A stretch of DNA of 64,000 bases from an uncultured Acidobacteriota bacterium (lineage in GTDB: Bacteria; Acidobacteriota; Thermoanaerobaculia; Multivoradales; UBA5704). The translations under genes and the position numbers were made by a program. How positions within the stretch are numbered: the stretch's first letter is position 1; each line of letters opens with the position of its first letter. The notes under the pieces were generated by a model that was given only the letters and a program-made list of their open reading frames with translations, had not been told where the DNA came from and did not search any database. This document shows, one piece after another, positions 10,042-17,726 of this stretch. The DNA lies in assembly GCA_963770895.1 (NCBI GenBank), contig CAVYRF010000002.1, positions 2,208,001 to 2,272,000 of the forward strand. Direction: 5' to 3'.

Positions 10042-10518
10042 CTAGTACGGCACGACGTAGACGACGATCTGGAAGACCGCGCTGTCACCGCCCAGCAGGT
10101 TGGCGATGCTGGCCTGCACCGTGCCGCCGCTGCCCACCGGCGGCGTCACCAGCGACCATGCCGGATCGCCGCTCAGCTTGGACGCCGAGACAAAGGTGGT
10201 CCCGGCCGGCAGGGGATCGACGAGCGAGACCGCCGGCGCCAAGCTGCCGGTGCAGTTCTGCACCGTGATGGTGTAGGTGAGGTTGTTGCCGGCGGTCACC
10301 TCGGCGGCGGAGACGGTCTTCTGGACGTCCACCAGCGGGCCGATGTTGGCGGCGCAGAGGTTCGATCCCTGGCCGAGGGCCTGCTCGGCGAGCAGGCCGC
10401 CGAGCGTGAAGGAGGCGACGAGCGGCGTCGCCCAGGCCCCTGCCAGCATGCGCAGGATGAACTGCCGCCGATCGGGGTCGACGTGCGGGAGGATCTGGGT
10501 CAGCTCTTCGGGCGCCAT
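10042..10518 (-). CDS. Tat-signal protein with C-terminally truncated DUF11 domain (paralog B; retains Lys and Asp)
   Basis: GGAGG RBS; DRRQFI; VDVQKT...LTYTITVQN...VDPLPAGTTFVSA; ends at AVFQIVVYVVPY. Confidence 0.8.
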   Translation of the reverse strand: MAPEELTQILPHVDPDRRQFILRMLAGAWATPLVASFTLGGLLAEQALGQGSNLCAANIGPLVDVQKTVSAAEVTAGNNLTYTITVQNCTGSLAPAVSLVDPLPAGTTFVSASKLSGDPAWSLVTPPVGSGGTVQASIANLLGGDSAVFQIVVYVVPY

Positions 10519-10916
10519 GGGCGTCTGCCTCCAGAGAGTCGAGTGGCGTGCGGCGGGCGGCGCAGGTACGCCAGCGCCGTCGCGGCCAGCAGCAGGCAGG
10601 AGATGACGAGCCCCGCCGGCGACAGCGCCGGCACCTGGGCGATCGGACCGCGATCGACCTGGGTGGTCGCGGTCGCCGTGCGGTGCACGGTGACGGTCGC
10701 CTGCGCCTGGTTGTTGCCGGTCTGCGGGTCGCTCTCCGAGGCGGTGACGCCCGCCGCGGCATCGATCAGGTAGTCGAGCGTCACCGTGTTGGTGATCTCG
10801 ACCGCGGCCCTGGCGCTGGGTGCGCCCAGGGTCCACAGCACCGCCAGGCAGAGCGCTGCCGCCGAGCGCGGCAGCAGGCGGCGAAGCGGCAAACCGGCGC
10901 CTTGCGGGTCCGCCAT
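10500..10916 (-). CDS. Small Sec-exported protein with DUF11 terminal strands and IPTL-CTERM-like sorting signal
   Basis: ATG overlaps upstream TGA (TGATG); signal peptide ending ARA; ITNTVT; SESDPQTGNNQAQATVTV; VPALSPAGLVISCLLLAATALAYLRR. Confidence 0.75.
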   Translation of the reverse strand: MADPQGAGLPLRRLLPRSAAALCLAVLWTLGAPSARAAVEITNTVTLDYLIDAAAGVTASESDPQTGNNQAQATVTVHRTATATTQVDRGPIAQVPALSPAGLVISCLLLAATALAYLRRPPHATRLSGGRRPWRPKS

Positions 10917-11410
10917 CAGAGCACCGTCGCCTTGATCGCGAAGGTCGCGCTGGCGCCCTTCGCCAGGCTGTCGAAGACGCCCGCCACGGTACCGGCGAAA
11001 CCCACGGGAGGCGTGGACAGGTCGGTGACGGGGGGCCCGGTGAGCTGCGTGGCGGAAACGAAGGCGGCGCCCACGGGCACCTTCTGGTCGAAATTCACGT
11101 TGGTGGCCGTGCAGGGTCCGCAGTTGGTCACCGTCAGAGTGTAGGTGATGGTGTCGCCCGGCGACGCGGTCTGCGGCGACGCCGCCACTCCCACCGCGAC
11201 GTCGGCCATGGCCGGATTGCCGCAGATAGCGCCGGTGTTGGCGCACAGGTTGGATGCCTGCGCCCGCGCCGGTTCGACCAGCAGCCCGTCGAGCGAGAAC
11301 GAGGCGACGATCGGCGCCGCGTAGGCGGCACCCAGGAGCAGCCTGGAGAGGAACTGACGGCGGTCCGGAGCGAGCCCATCGAACCGTTGCGGTTTTGCGT
11401 CTGGCGCCAT
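10916..11410 (-). CDS. Tat-signal protein with C-terminally truncated DUF11 domain (paralog A; lacks strand-A Lys)
   Basis: DRRQFL; ADVAVGVAASP...GDTITYTLTVTNCGPCTATNV...VPVGAAFVSA; ends at ASATFAIKATVL. Confidence 0.8.
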   Translation of the reverse strand: MAPDAKPQRFDGLAPDRRQFLSRLLLGAAYAAPIVASFSLDGLLVEPARAQASNLCANTGAICGNPAMADVAVGVAASPQTASPGDTITYTLTVTNCGPCTATNVNFDQKVPVGAAFVSATQLTGPPVTDLSTPPVGFAGTVAGVFDSLAKGASATFAIKATVL

Positions 11411-11561
11411 GGATCGATCCTTTATTTCATGATCTGCGTGTCGCGAAAGGTCCAGAAATCCCTTGTTTTCTTCGCTTCCGCAGTGCCTTTGGCACAGTGC
11501 GCCGAACTTTGTGCATGGAACTTGTGCATGGTAAATATGCGGGCAATGGGGTGTCAAGCTT

Positions 11562-12305
11562 TTGCCGTACCTTAGAGCGGGCAGCTGGGATGACGCCATC
11601 TGGCGCTCGGTGGCGGACGATTATCCGGCGGTGCCTGCCCGCTTCGCGGCCGGCGACGTGGTGCTCGACCTGGGCGCGCACATCGGCGCCTTCGCCGCTC
11701 TCGCCGCCGCCCGCGGCGCACGCGTGGTGGCCTACGAAGCCAGCTGGCACAACCTGGCGCTGGCGCGTCTCAACACCGCCTCGCTGGCAGGGGTTGAAGT
11801 GCGGTGGGGCGCGGTCTGGCGCTCCGACCTGCCGCCGGCGCCCCGCTGGTACACGCCGGCGCCCAACGCCGCCAACACCGGCGGCGGCTCGGTGCTCTTC
11901 GCCGGTGCCATGGCGGTGAGCGCCGATGCCGGCGTCGACCCGTGGGGCGCCGGCACTGGCCGAGATGCCGAAGTTGAGGTGGCGCCGCGGGCGCACGCGG
12001 TGCCGGCGGTGCCGCTCGACGACATCCTGTGCGAGCTCGGCGCGGTGCGCCTGCTCAAGCTCGACGTCGAAGGTTCCGAGGTGCCGATCCTGGCCACCTC
12101 GCGCCAGCTCGCCAGGGTGGTGCAGATCACCGGCGAGGCACACGACCTGAGCGTCGGGCAGCAGGGCCGTCTGGCGCCCGACGCGCAGGTCGCGGGCGTA
12201 TCCTGCGATGCGAGCGGCCTTGCCGCAGTCCTCGGCGGCGCCGGCTTCACGGTGGCGATGACCGGTGCCGGGCCGCTGCGGCTGTTCAATGCCTGGCGGG
12301 CCTGA
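11562..12305 (+). CDS. FkbM family methyltransferase
   Basis: VLDLGAHIG SAM motif, VVAYEA, LLKLDVEGSE; TTG start uncertain. Confidence 0.85.
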   Translation: MPYLRAGSWDDAIWRSVADDYPAVPARFAAGDVVLDLGAHIGAFAALAAARGARVVAYEASWHNLALARLNTASLAGVEVRWGAVWRSDLPPAPRWYTPAPNAANTGGGSVLFAGAMAVSADAGVDPWGAGTGRDAEVEVAPRAHAVPAVPLDDILCELGAVRLLKLDVEGSEVPILATSRQLARVVQITGEAHDLSVGQQGRLAPDAQVAGVSCDASGLAAVLGGAGFTVAMTGAGPLRLFNAWRA

Positions 12306-12343
12306 CCGGCGCGCCGCCCGCCACCCGCTGCCCGCCACCCGCA

Positions 12344-13261
12344 ATGAGCACGCCCGTCATCTGCCTCTACAACCGCTTCTTCGAGCGCTGGCCGGTCGCC
12401 GCCGAGATCGGCGCCGAGATCGCTTTCCGGTTTGGCGCCGAGACTCTTGCCGGCGCCGACGCCGTGGTCTTCCATCTGCCGACGCTGGGTGTGCTTCCCG
12501 AGCGCCCCAGAGCTGCGGCGGGCGCCGGCGCCCCGCCGCAGCTCTGGGTGGCCTGGTGTCTGGAAAGCGCCGTCGTCTGTCCGCGGCTCGCCGACCCGCG
12601 GGCGATGGGGCGTTTCGATCTGACCATGACCTACCAACGATCGAGCGATGTCTGGTGGCCTTACTTCGGGCCCGGCACGGTGCCGCACCTGCTGGCGCCG
12701 CCGGGCGTCAAGGGTCCTGGCGCGCCGGTCGTGCACCTGCAATCCAACCCCTTCGATCGCAGCGGGCGCAACCGCTTCGCCGCCGGGCTGATGCGGCGCA
12801 TCAAGGTGGACTCCTACGGCACCGTCCTGCGCAACCGGACCGAGGTCGTGGCGCCCAGCTATGCGGGTCGCACCGCGGTCATGGCCCGCTACAAGTTCAC
12901 CCTGGCGCTCGAGAACTCCATCGCGCACGACTATGTGACCGACAAGTTCTTCGACGCGTTGGCGGCAGGCTCGGTGCCCGTCTACCGCGGCACCCGCGAG
13001 GTGGCCGATCTCGCGCCCGCGCCCGGCTGCTACATCGATGCGGCCGACTTCGCCTCGCCAAGCGAGCTCGCCGCGCACCTCGACCGCCTAGACCGCGACG
13101 ACGCCGCCTATGCCGCCCATCACGCCTGGCGCCATGGAGGCTTCTCGGAAGCTTTTCTCCAGCACCTCCGCCGCCTCGAACGGCCGCCCTTTGCCCGGCT
13201 GGCCGAGCACGTCCAGGACTGGATCGCGGCCGGCCGCCCGCCGCGGCAACGATCGGACTAG
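12344..13261 (+). CDS. Glycosyltransferase family 10 (alpha-1,3-fucosyltransferase-like)
   Basis: YKFTLALENSIAHDYVTDKFFDAL...VPVYRG; ADAVVFH; LTMTYQRSSDV. Confidence 0.9.
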   Translation: MSTPVICLYNRFFERWPVAAEIGAEIAFRFGAETLAGADAVVFHLPTLGVLPERPRAAAGAGAPPQLWVAWCLESAVVCPRLADPRAMGRFDLTMTYQRSSDVWWPYFGPGTVPHLLAPPGVKGPGAPVVHLQSNPFDRSGRNRFAAGLMRRIKVDSYGTVLRNRTEVVAPSYAGRTAVMARYKFTLALENSIAHDYVTDKFFDALAAGSVPVYRGTREVADLAPAPGCYIDAADFASPSELAAHLDRLDRDDAAYAAHHAWRHGGFSEAFLQHLRRLERPPFARLAEHVQDWIAAGRPPRQRSD

Positions 13262-13336
13262 CCTTCACCGCCTGCCACACTCCCACCGCTGGCGAGGCCG
13301 CCGCCCGTCCCGCGCGGAGTGCGGTGCAGACCGCTG

Positions 13337-13696
13337 TCAAGCCTGAGGCGCGATGCCAGAGCCGCCGGCGCCGTCGGCGGATGGCGGCGCCGCCTCGTCG
13401 ACTCCTTCGATCAATCCTTCCGCGAGGAACTGCGCCAGACATTCCGCCACCTCGTCGCGCGGCGGCTCGGGAAGATGGAAGCTCCGCGCCAGGAAGGACG
13501 GCAGGGCGGCAGCGGGCGTTGCGCCATCGCACAGCGTGAGCAAAAGAGCCGCGGTCCGGTTCAAGTAATGCACGCGGTCCCGCTCCGGGTGATAGGCGAC
13601 GAACCCGTCGGTCACCTCGCTGAGCTCGACACCTGCGGCCAGCCGCAGCCGCATCTGCCAATCGACCGCGGCGCCCCGCTCCACCGTCTCTCCCAT
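13337..13696 (-). CDS. Stand-alone PqqD-family protein / RiPP recognition element (RRE)
   Basis: About 119 aa; VHYLNRTAALLLTLCDG...EVAECLAQFLAEGLIE; AGGAG RBS. Confidence 0.85.
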   Translation of the reverse strand: MGETVERGAAVDWQMRLRLAAGVELSEVTDGFVAYHPERDRVHYLNRTAALLLTLCDGATPAAALPSFLARSFHLPEPPRDEVAECLAQFLAEGLIEGVDEAAPPSADGAGGSGIAPQA

Positions 13697-13871
13697 GCTC
13701 CCTAGTATCGGCGCCACACCGAGGCCCGTCAATCGCCGTCCATGGCCCACCGTCGGGCGCGCCGGCGCGACCTGCCGTCGCCCCGGTTTTCCCGCCTTGC
13801 CAGTGTATACTTGAAGAGGAAGGAAGCCCCAGCTAGCTTCCGGCCATGACCAACGCCTTTCAGAGTCAGAA

Positions 13872-14675
13872 ATGAGTCGACTCACTCTCCGATGGTTCAA
13901 TCTCACTCAGCGCGATGGGCAGGACCTATGTCTGAAGATCCCAATTTGCAACGTTTATGCTCCGATAATCGATCGGGCTTTTCCTGAAGTGACGCACATC
14001 GAGTGGAGGCAGGGCACGCAAGGCACCTGCTTCACCTATCTCAAGCATATAACCTCCGAAGACTTTGACTCCCTCAACGACTTCCTCCAGCTTCTCGGCG
14101 AGATTCGCTGTCTAACGCTGACCGATCACCTCGCTCCGCACTTTCAAGCCGAACTGGACGAAGCATATGCGCTAGACTTCAATTTTCAGACAGATCTCTT
14201 CCCTCTTGCCTACACGGAAATGGGCAGTCTCGAACACATTGCGAAGGAGCAACAGAATCGCGCCGCCATAGCTCAACTCAACATCCGGCTTGCCGAAGTC
14301 ATCCGCCGCCACCCCTCACTTTCCCGCGTTGAGTTCGTTGCGCCAATGCCGCCGCGCCCCTCAAAGAATTTTCATCTCCCTGTTGAAATGGCTAAGGGCA
14401 TAGGTGCGATCTTGGGGTGCCCAGTCGACCTGAGTCTCACCAAGGCGGAGCATCCGAAACTTCGAACGCTTCCCATTAGGCAGAAGGTCTCCGCGCTTGA
14501 GGAAGCCTTCTCGATTGGAGGCTCGGTTGAAGGTAAAGCCATTCTAATCGTTGACGACCTTTACCAGTCTGGCGCAAGTCTTTGGTCGCTCGCCAGGTTT
14601 TTGAAGTCCCGCGGAGCCCGACTAGTCTATGGACTGGCATGCGTCAAGTCGTGGAGTGATACCGACAACCAATGA
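13872..14675 (+). CDS. Phosphoribosyltransferase-domain protein (ShosT/ComF-like)
   Basis: PRPP-binding motif ILIVDDLYQSGASL; visibly lower GC than flanks. Confidence 0.8.
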   Translation: MSRLTLRWFNLTQRDGQDLCLKIPICNVYAPIIDRAFPEVTHIEWRQGTQGTCFTYLKHITSEDFDSLNDFLQLLGEIRCLTLTDHLAPHFQAELDEAYALDFNFQTDLFPLAYTEMGSLEHIAKEQQNRAAIAQLNIRLAEVIRRHPSLSRVEFVAPMPPRPSKNFHLPVEMAKGIGAILGCPVDLSLTKAEHPKLRTLPIRQKVSALEEAFSIGGSVEGKAILIVDDLYQSGASLWSLARFLKSRGARLVYGLACVKSWSDTDNQ

Positions 14676-15646
14676 TGCAGCAAACTCAGTCCATTGAGTT
14701 CGTAGCTTTCTGTCTTCAGGCTGCGCCTGGAGTAGGCGCATCCACGCTTCGCATGGTTCTGAAACGCCTCGCTCAAGAACGGCTCGCACCAGAAGCCCTC
14801 TTCCAACTCGACGACCACGACTTGCTGTTGCGCTTCGGGCTCAAGCCCTCCGCTGTCGCTGCGCTCCGAGAGCCTTGCGACGAAACGCTGGAAACCTGGC
14901 AACGCCTCAAAGCGGAATCTGTGAAGATCCTTGTTTGGGGCCAGGCTGCCTACCCAACGCGGCTCTATACCCTCCTTCGCGACACTGCCCCTCCCTTGCT
15001 TTTTCTCGTCGGCGGGCTAGACAGTTTCGGACGTCCAGCAGTGGGCTTCTGCGGCTCCAGGAGGGCGTCTGAAAAGGGGTTGCGAGTAGCGCGCGATTGT
15101 GCGCATCTGCTGGCGAAACAACAAATCAATGTCGTCAGTGGTTACGCTCATGGCGTTGATCTCGCCGCGCATCGCGCAGCTTTGGAGGCGGGAGGTACTA
15201 CGACCGTCGTGTTGCCCGAGGGTATTCTTCACTTCCGGGTCAAGAGCGAAATTCGCGACTTGCTGAGCGCAGGAGACTTTTCGCGCATCGCCGTTGTGTC
15301 CGAGTTCCCTCCTGGCTTGCCGTGGCGGGCTCACAATGCAATGGCACGCAATCGTACGATCTGTGGCCTTTCACACGCGTTGGTCGTAATAGAATCAGGT
15401 CCGGATGGAGGCACATTCGAAGCAGGCAAAGCCGCACTTAAACTCGGTGAGCCTCTGTTCTGTATCGAATATGCCGAGACACCTCCAGAAGCGGCAGGTA
15501 ATCCGTACTTCTTGAAACATGGAGCCTTCAGTCTGAGGCGCGCGCCGAATGGCGAGCCTAACCTCTCCAGGCTCATGTCTGTCGTACGTGAGGGCGGCAG
15601 GAACTTTGGACAACCGCACCAGCAGGAGCTACTCCTGCACGAGTAA
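14672..15646 (+). CDS. DprA/Smf (SLOG) family protein (ShosA-like)
   Basis: YPTRL...PPLLF, GFCGSRRAS, VVSGYAHGVDLAAH, SEFPP, ARNRTI; ATGA overlap with the PRTase stop. Confidence 0.88.
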   Translation: MMQQTQSIEFVAFCLQAAPGVGASTLRMVLKRLAQERLAPEALFQLDDHDLLLRFGLKPSAVAALREPCDETLETWQRLKAESVKILVWGQAAYPTRLYTLLRDTAPPLLFLVGGLDSFGRPAVGFCGSRRASEKGLRVARDCAHLLAKQQINVVSGYAHGVDLAAHRAALEAGGTTTVVLPEGILHFRVKSEIRDLLSAGDFSRIAVVSEFPPGLPWRAHNAMARNRTICGLSHALVVIESGPDGGTFEAGKAALKLGEPLFCIEYAETPPEAAGNPYFLKHGAFSLRRAPNGEPNLSRLMSVVREGGRNFGQPHQQELLLHE

Positions 15647-15833
15647 TCAGGCTATTTCTGTAAATACCGCAATAAATTAAAACAGCTGATTCTGCGTGGC
15701 GGGGATCCGGCCGAGCTGCGCCTCTGGTTCCTCCCTTGAAGGCGCTTCATGCTCCAACGGCCCCAAAGTAAAGCGCGGCTCACGGGCTGTGCTTGGCCCG
15801 TCTGTATAAACTACGTAATCTGTGGTGTTTAGA

Positions 15834-15910
15834 TGGTGCGCCCAAGAGGATTCGAACCTCTGACCTACAGCTCCGGAGGCTGTCGCTCTATCCAGCTGAG
15901 CTATGGGCGC
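15834..15910 (-). tRNA. tRNA-Arg(CCG)
   Basis: Reverse complement GCGCCCATAGCTCAG...ACAGC CTCCGGA GCTGT...GGTTCGAATCC...GGGCGCACCA. Confidence 0.97.
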
Positions 15911-15933
15911 GGGGGGTGGGTTTTCAAGGGAGG

Positions 15934-16009
15934 TGGCCTGCCTGGAGGGATTCGAACCCCCGACCCGCGGCTTAGAAGGCCGCCGCTCTATCCACTGAGC
16001 TACAGGCAG
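15934..16009 (-). tRNA. tRNA-Arg(TCT)
   Basis: Reverse complement CTGCCTGTAGCTCAG...GCGGC CTTCTAA GCCGC...GGTTCGAATCC...CAGGCAGGCCA. Confidence 0.97.
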
Positions 16010-16065
16010 CGGTTGCGGCCCGTCTTCCGCTTGGCCAGGGAGCTACCTCGGGTCAGCCGTCGGTA

Positions 16066-16139
16066 TCGGGGCGCCCAGATTTGAACTGGGGACCCCCTGC
16101 GCCCAAGGCAGGTGCGCTACCAGGCTGCGCTACGCCCCG
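16066..16139 (-). tRNA. tRNA-Pro(TGG), CCA not encoded
   Basis: Reverse complement CGGGGCGTAGCGCAGCCTGGTAGCGCA CCTGC CTTGGGC GCAGG...GTTCAAATC...CGCCCCGA. Confidence 0.95.
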
Positions 16140-16298
16140 ACGGAAACGCTTGGTGAGTCTAAGCTAGCGCGCGGAAAGGTGTCAAACGCGGCCGCCGGCG
16201 GTCCTCAAGGGCAGGACCCCGCCGGTGGTGCGCCGGCGCGGTCGGCAGCCGGTGGTGGCGGCAGCGGTCGACAGCCAAAGGGCGGCTGGTGGCGGCGG

Positions 16299-17726
16299 TC
16301 AGCCGTCGGCGGCTTCGGCGGTTCCGGCTGCGGTGGCGTTGGCGGCGGGGTCGGGGCGCTCGATGCGGAGGGTGGCGGCTTTTTGGTGGAGGTAGGTGCG
16401 CTGGATGCCGAGGAGGCGGGCGGCGGCGGAGAAGTTCCAGTTGGTGCGGCGGAGGACGGCTTCGAGGTATTCGCGCTCGCAGGCGGTCTTGAAGTCGCGG
16501 AGGGGGAGAACGGGGCGGTTTTCGACCAGGCGGACCAGGCCGGTTTCGGGGGCGACGGCGGTGTCGAGCAGGCTGATGGGGAGCTGGTCGACGGTCAGGG
16601 GGTCGGTGCCGAAGACGGCGAGGCGCTCGCAGAGGTTGCGCAGCTCGCGGACGTTGCCGGGCCAGGGGTAGCGTTTGAGGGCGGCGGGGACGGCAGGGTC
16701 GACGGTCTGGCGGCGAACGCGATGGAGGCGGGCGAAGTGATCCAGGAAGTGGGCGACCAGGAGGGGGATGTCCTGGGTGCGGTCGCGCAGCGGCGGGACC
16801 TCGATGGGGAGGTGGGCGAGGCGGAAGTAGAGGTCCTGGCGGAAGCGGCCGGCGGCGATGGCGCGGTCGAGGTCGCGGTGGGTGGCGGCGATGACGCGGA
16901 CGTCGACCTGGCGGTCGCGAGTCTCGCCGATGCGGCGGATGTGGCCGTCTTCGAGGACGCGGAGGAGGCGGGCCTGGAGGCCCAGGTCCATGTCGCCGAT
17001 CTCGTCGAGGAAGAGGGTGCCGCGGTCGGCTTCTTCGAACAGGCCGGGTTTGGCGGTGCGGGCGTCGGTGAAGGCGCCGCGGGCGTGGCCGAAGAGCTCG
17101 TCCTCGACGAGGTGGGCGGGGATGGCGGCGCAGTTGATCTTGACGAAGGGGCCGTCGCGGCGGGAGCTCTGGCGGTGGAGGGTGCCGGCGACCAGCTCTT
17201 TGCCGGTGCCCGTGGCGCCACTGATGAGGACGCGGCCGTCGGTGGCGGCGACGCGCGCGATGACCTGGCGGAGGCGGTCGGCGGCGGGGGAGGCGCCCAG
17301 GATGTCGGGTTCCTGGAGGAGCTTCGACTCCAGGACCGAGACCTTGCGGCGCAGGGCGGCGTTCTCCAGGGTGTTGGCGATGGCGCGCAGCAGTCTTTCG
17401 CGGCTGAACGGTTTCTCGATGACGTCGTGGACGCCGAGCTTGAGGGCTTCGACGGTCTCGCTGATCGAGGCTTCTCCCGAGATGATCACGGTCGGCGGCA
17501 GGCGCTGGCGCGGGGCCAGCTGGCGCAGCAGGTCGACGCCGCTCATCCGGCGCAGGCGCACGTCGAGGAGCAACAGGTCGGGGTGCGGCTCGGCGCTGCT
17601 TTCGAGCGCCGCCAGGGCTTCTTCGGCGCAGGTCATGGCGCGTACGGCGAAGCCTTCTTCGCGCAGCTGGGCAAAGAGGCTGGCGCGGATCTTGTCGTCG
17701 TCTTCGACCAGCAGGATGGCGGTCAC
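16299..17726 (-). CDS. Sigma-54-type response regulator (REC-AAA-HTH, NtrC/NtrX-like)
   Basis: ILLVEDD, LLDV, GATGTGKE, GAFTDA, LFLDEIGD, WPGNVREL, C-terminal Fis HTH. Confidence 0.95.
   Translation of the reverse strand: MTAILLVEDDDKIRASLFAQLREEGFAVRAMTCAEEALAALESSAEPHPDLLLLDVRLRRMSGVDLLRQLAPRQRLPPTVIISGEASISETVEALKLGVHDVIEKPFSRERLLRAIANTLENAALRRKVSVLESKLLQEPDILGASPAADRLRQVIARVAATDGRVLISGATGTGKELVAGTLHRQSSRRDGPFVKINCAAIPAHLVEDELFGHARGAFTDARTAKPGLFEEADRGTLFLDEIGDMDLGLQARLLRVLEDGHIRRIGETRDRQVDVRVIAATHRDLDRAIAAGRFRQDLYFRLAHLPIEVPPLRDRTQDIPLLVAHFLDHFARLHRVRRQTVDPAVPAALKRYPWPGNVRELRNLCERLAVFGTDPLTVDQLPISLLDTAVAPETGLVRLVENRPVLPLRDFKTACEREYLEAVLRRTNWNFSAAARLLGIQRTYLHQKAATLRIERPDPAANATAAGTAEAADG

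Larger units (their letters stand above)
13800..15833. mobile_element. Putative horizontally acquired islet at the 3' end of tRNA-Arg(CCG)
   Basis: Abrupt fall in GC and change in codon usage ending at the tRNA 3' end; no integrase or att repeat seen; left boundary approximate. Confidence 0.5.

Noticed and set aside
10500-11410. Reading the DUF11 genes as one frameshifted pseudogene
   Set aside because: The junction is a TGATG coupling and the downstream ORF has its own signal peptide; a second paralog is truncated at the same structural point.
13700-13871. attL copy of the tRNA-Arg 3' end or an integrase for the islet
   Set aside because: No matching direct repeat or recombinase seen.
17040-17100. 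GAFTDA instead of GAFTGA in the sigma-54 activator
   Set aside because: Common natural variant; not notable.
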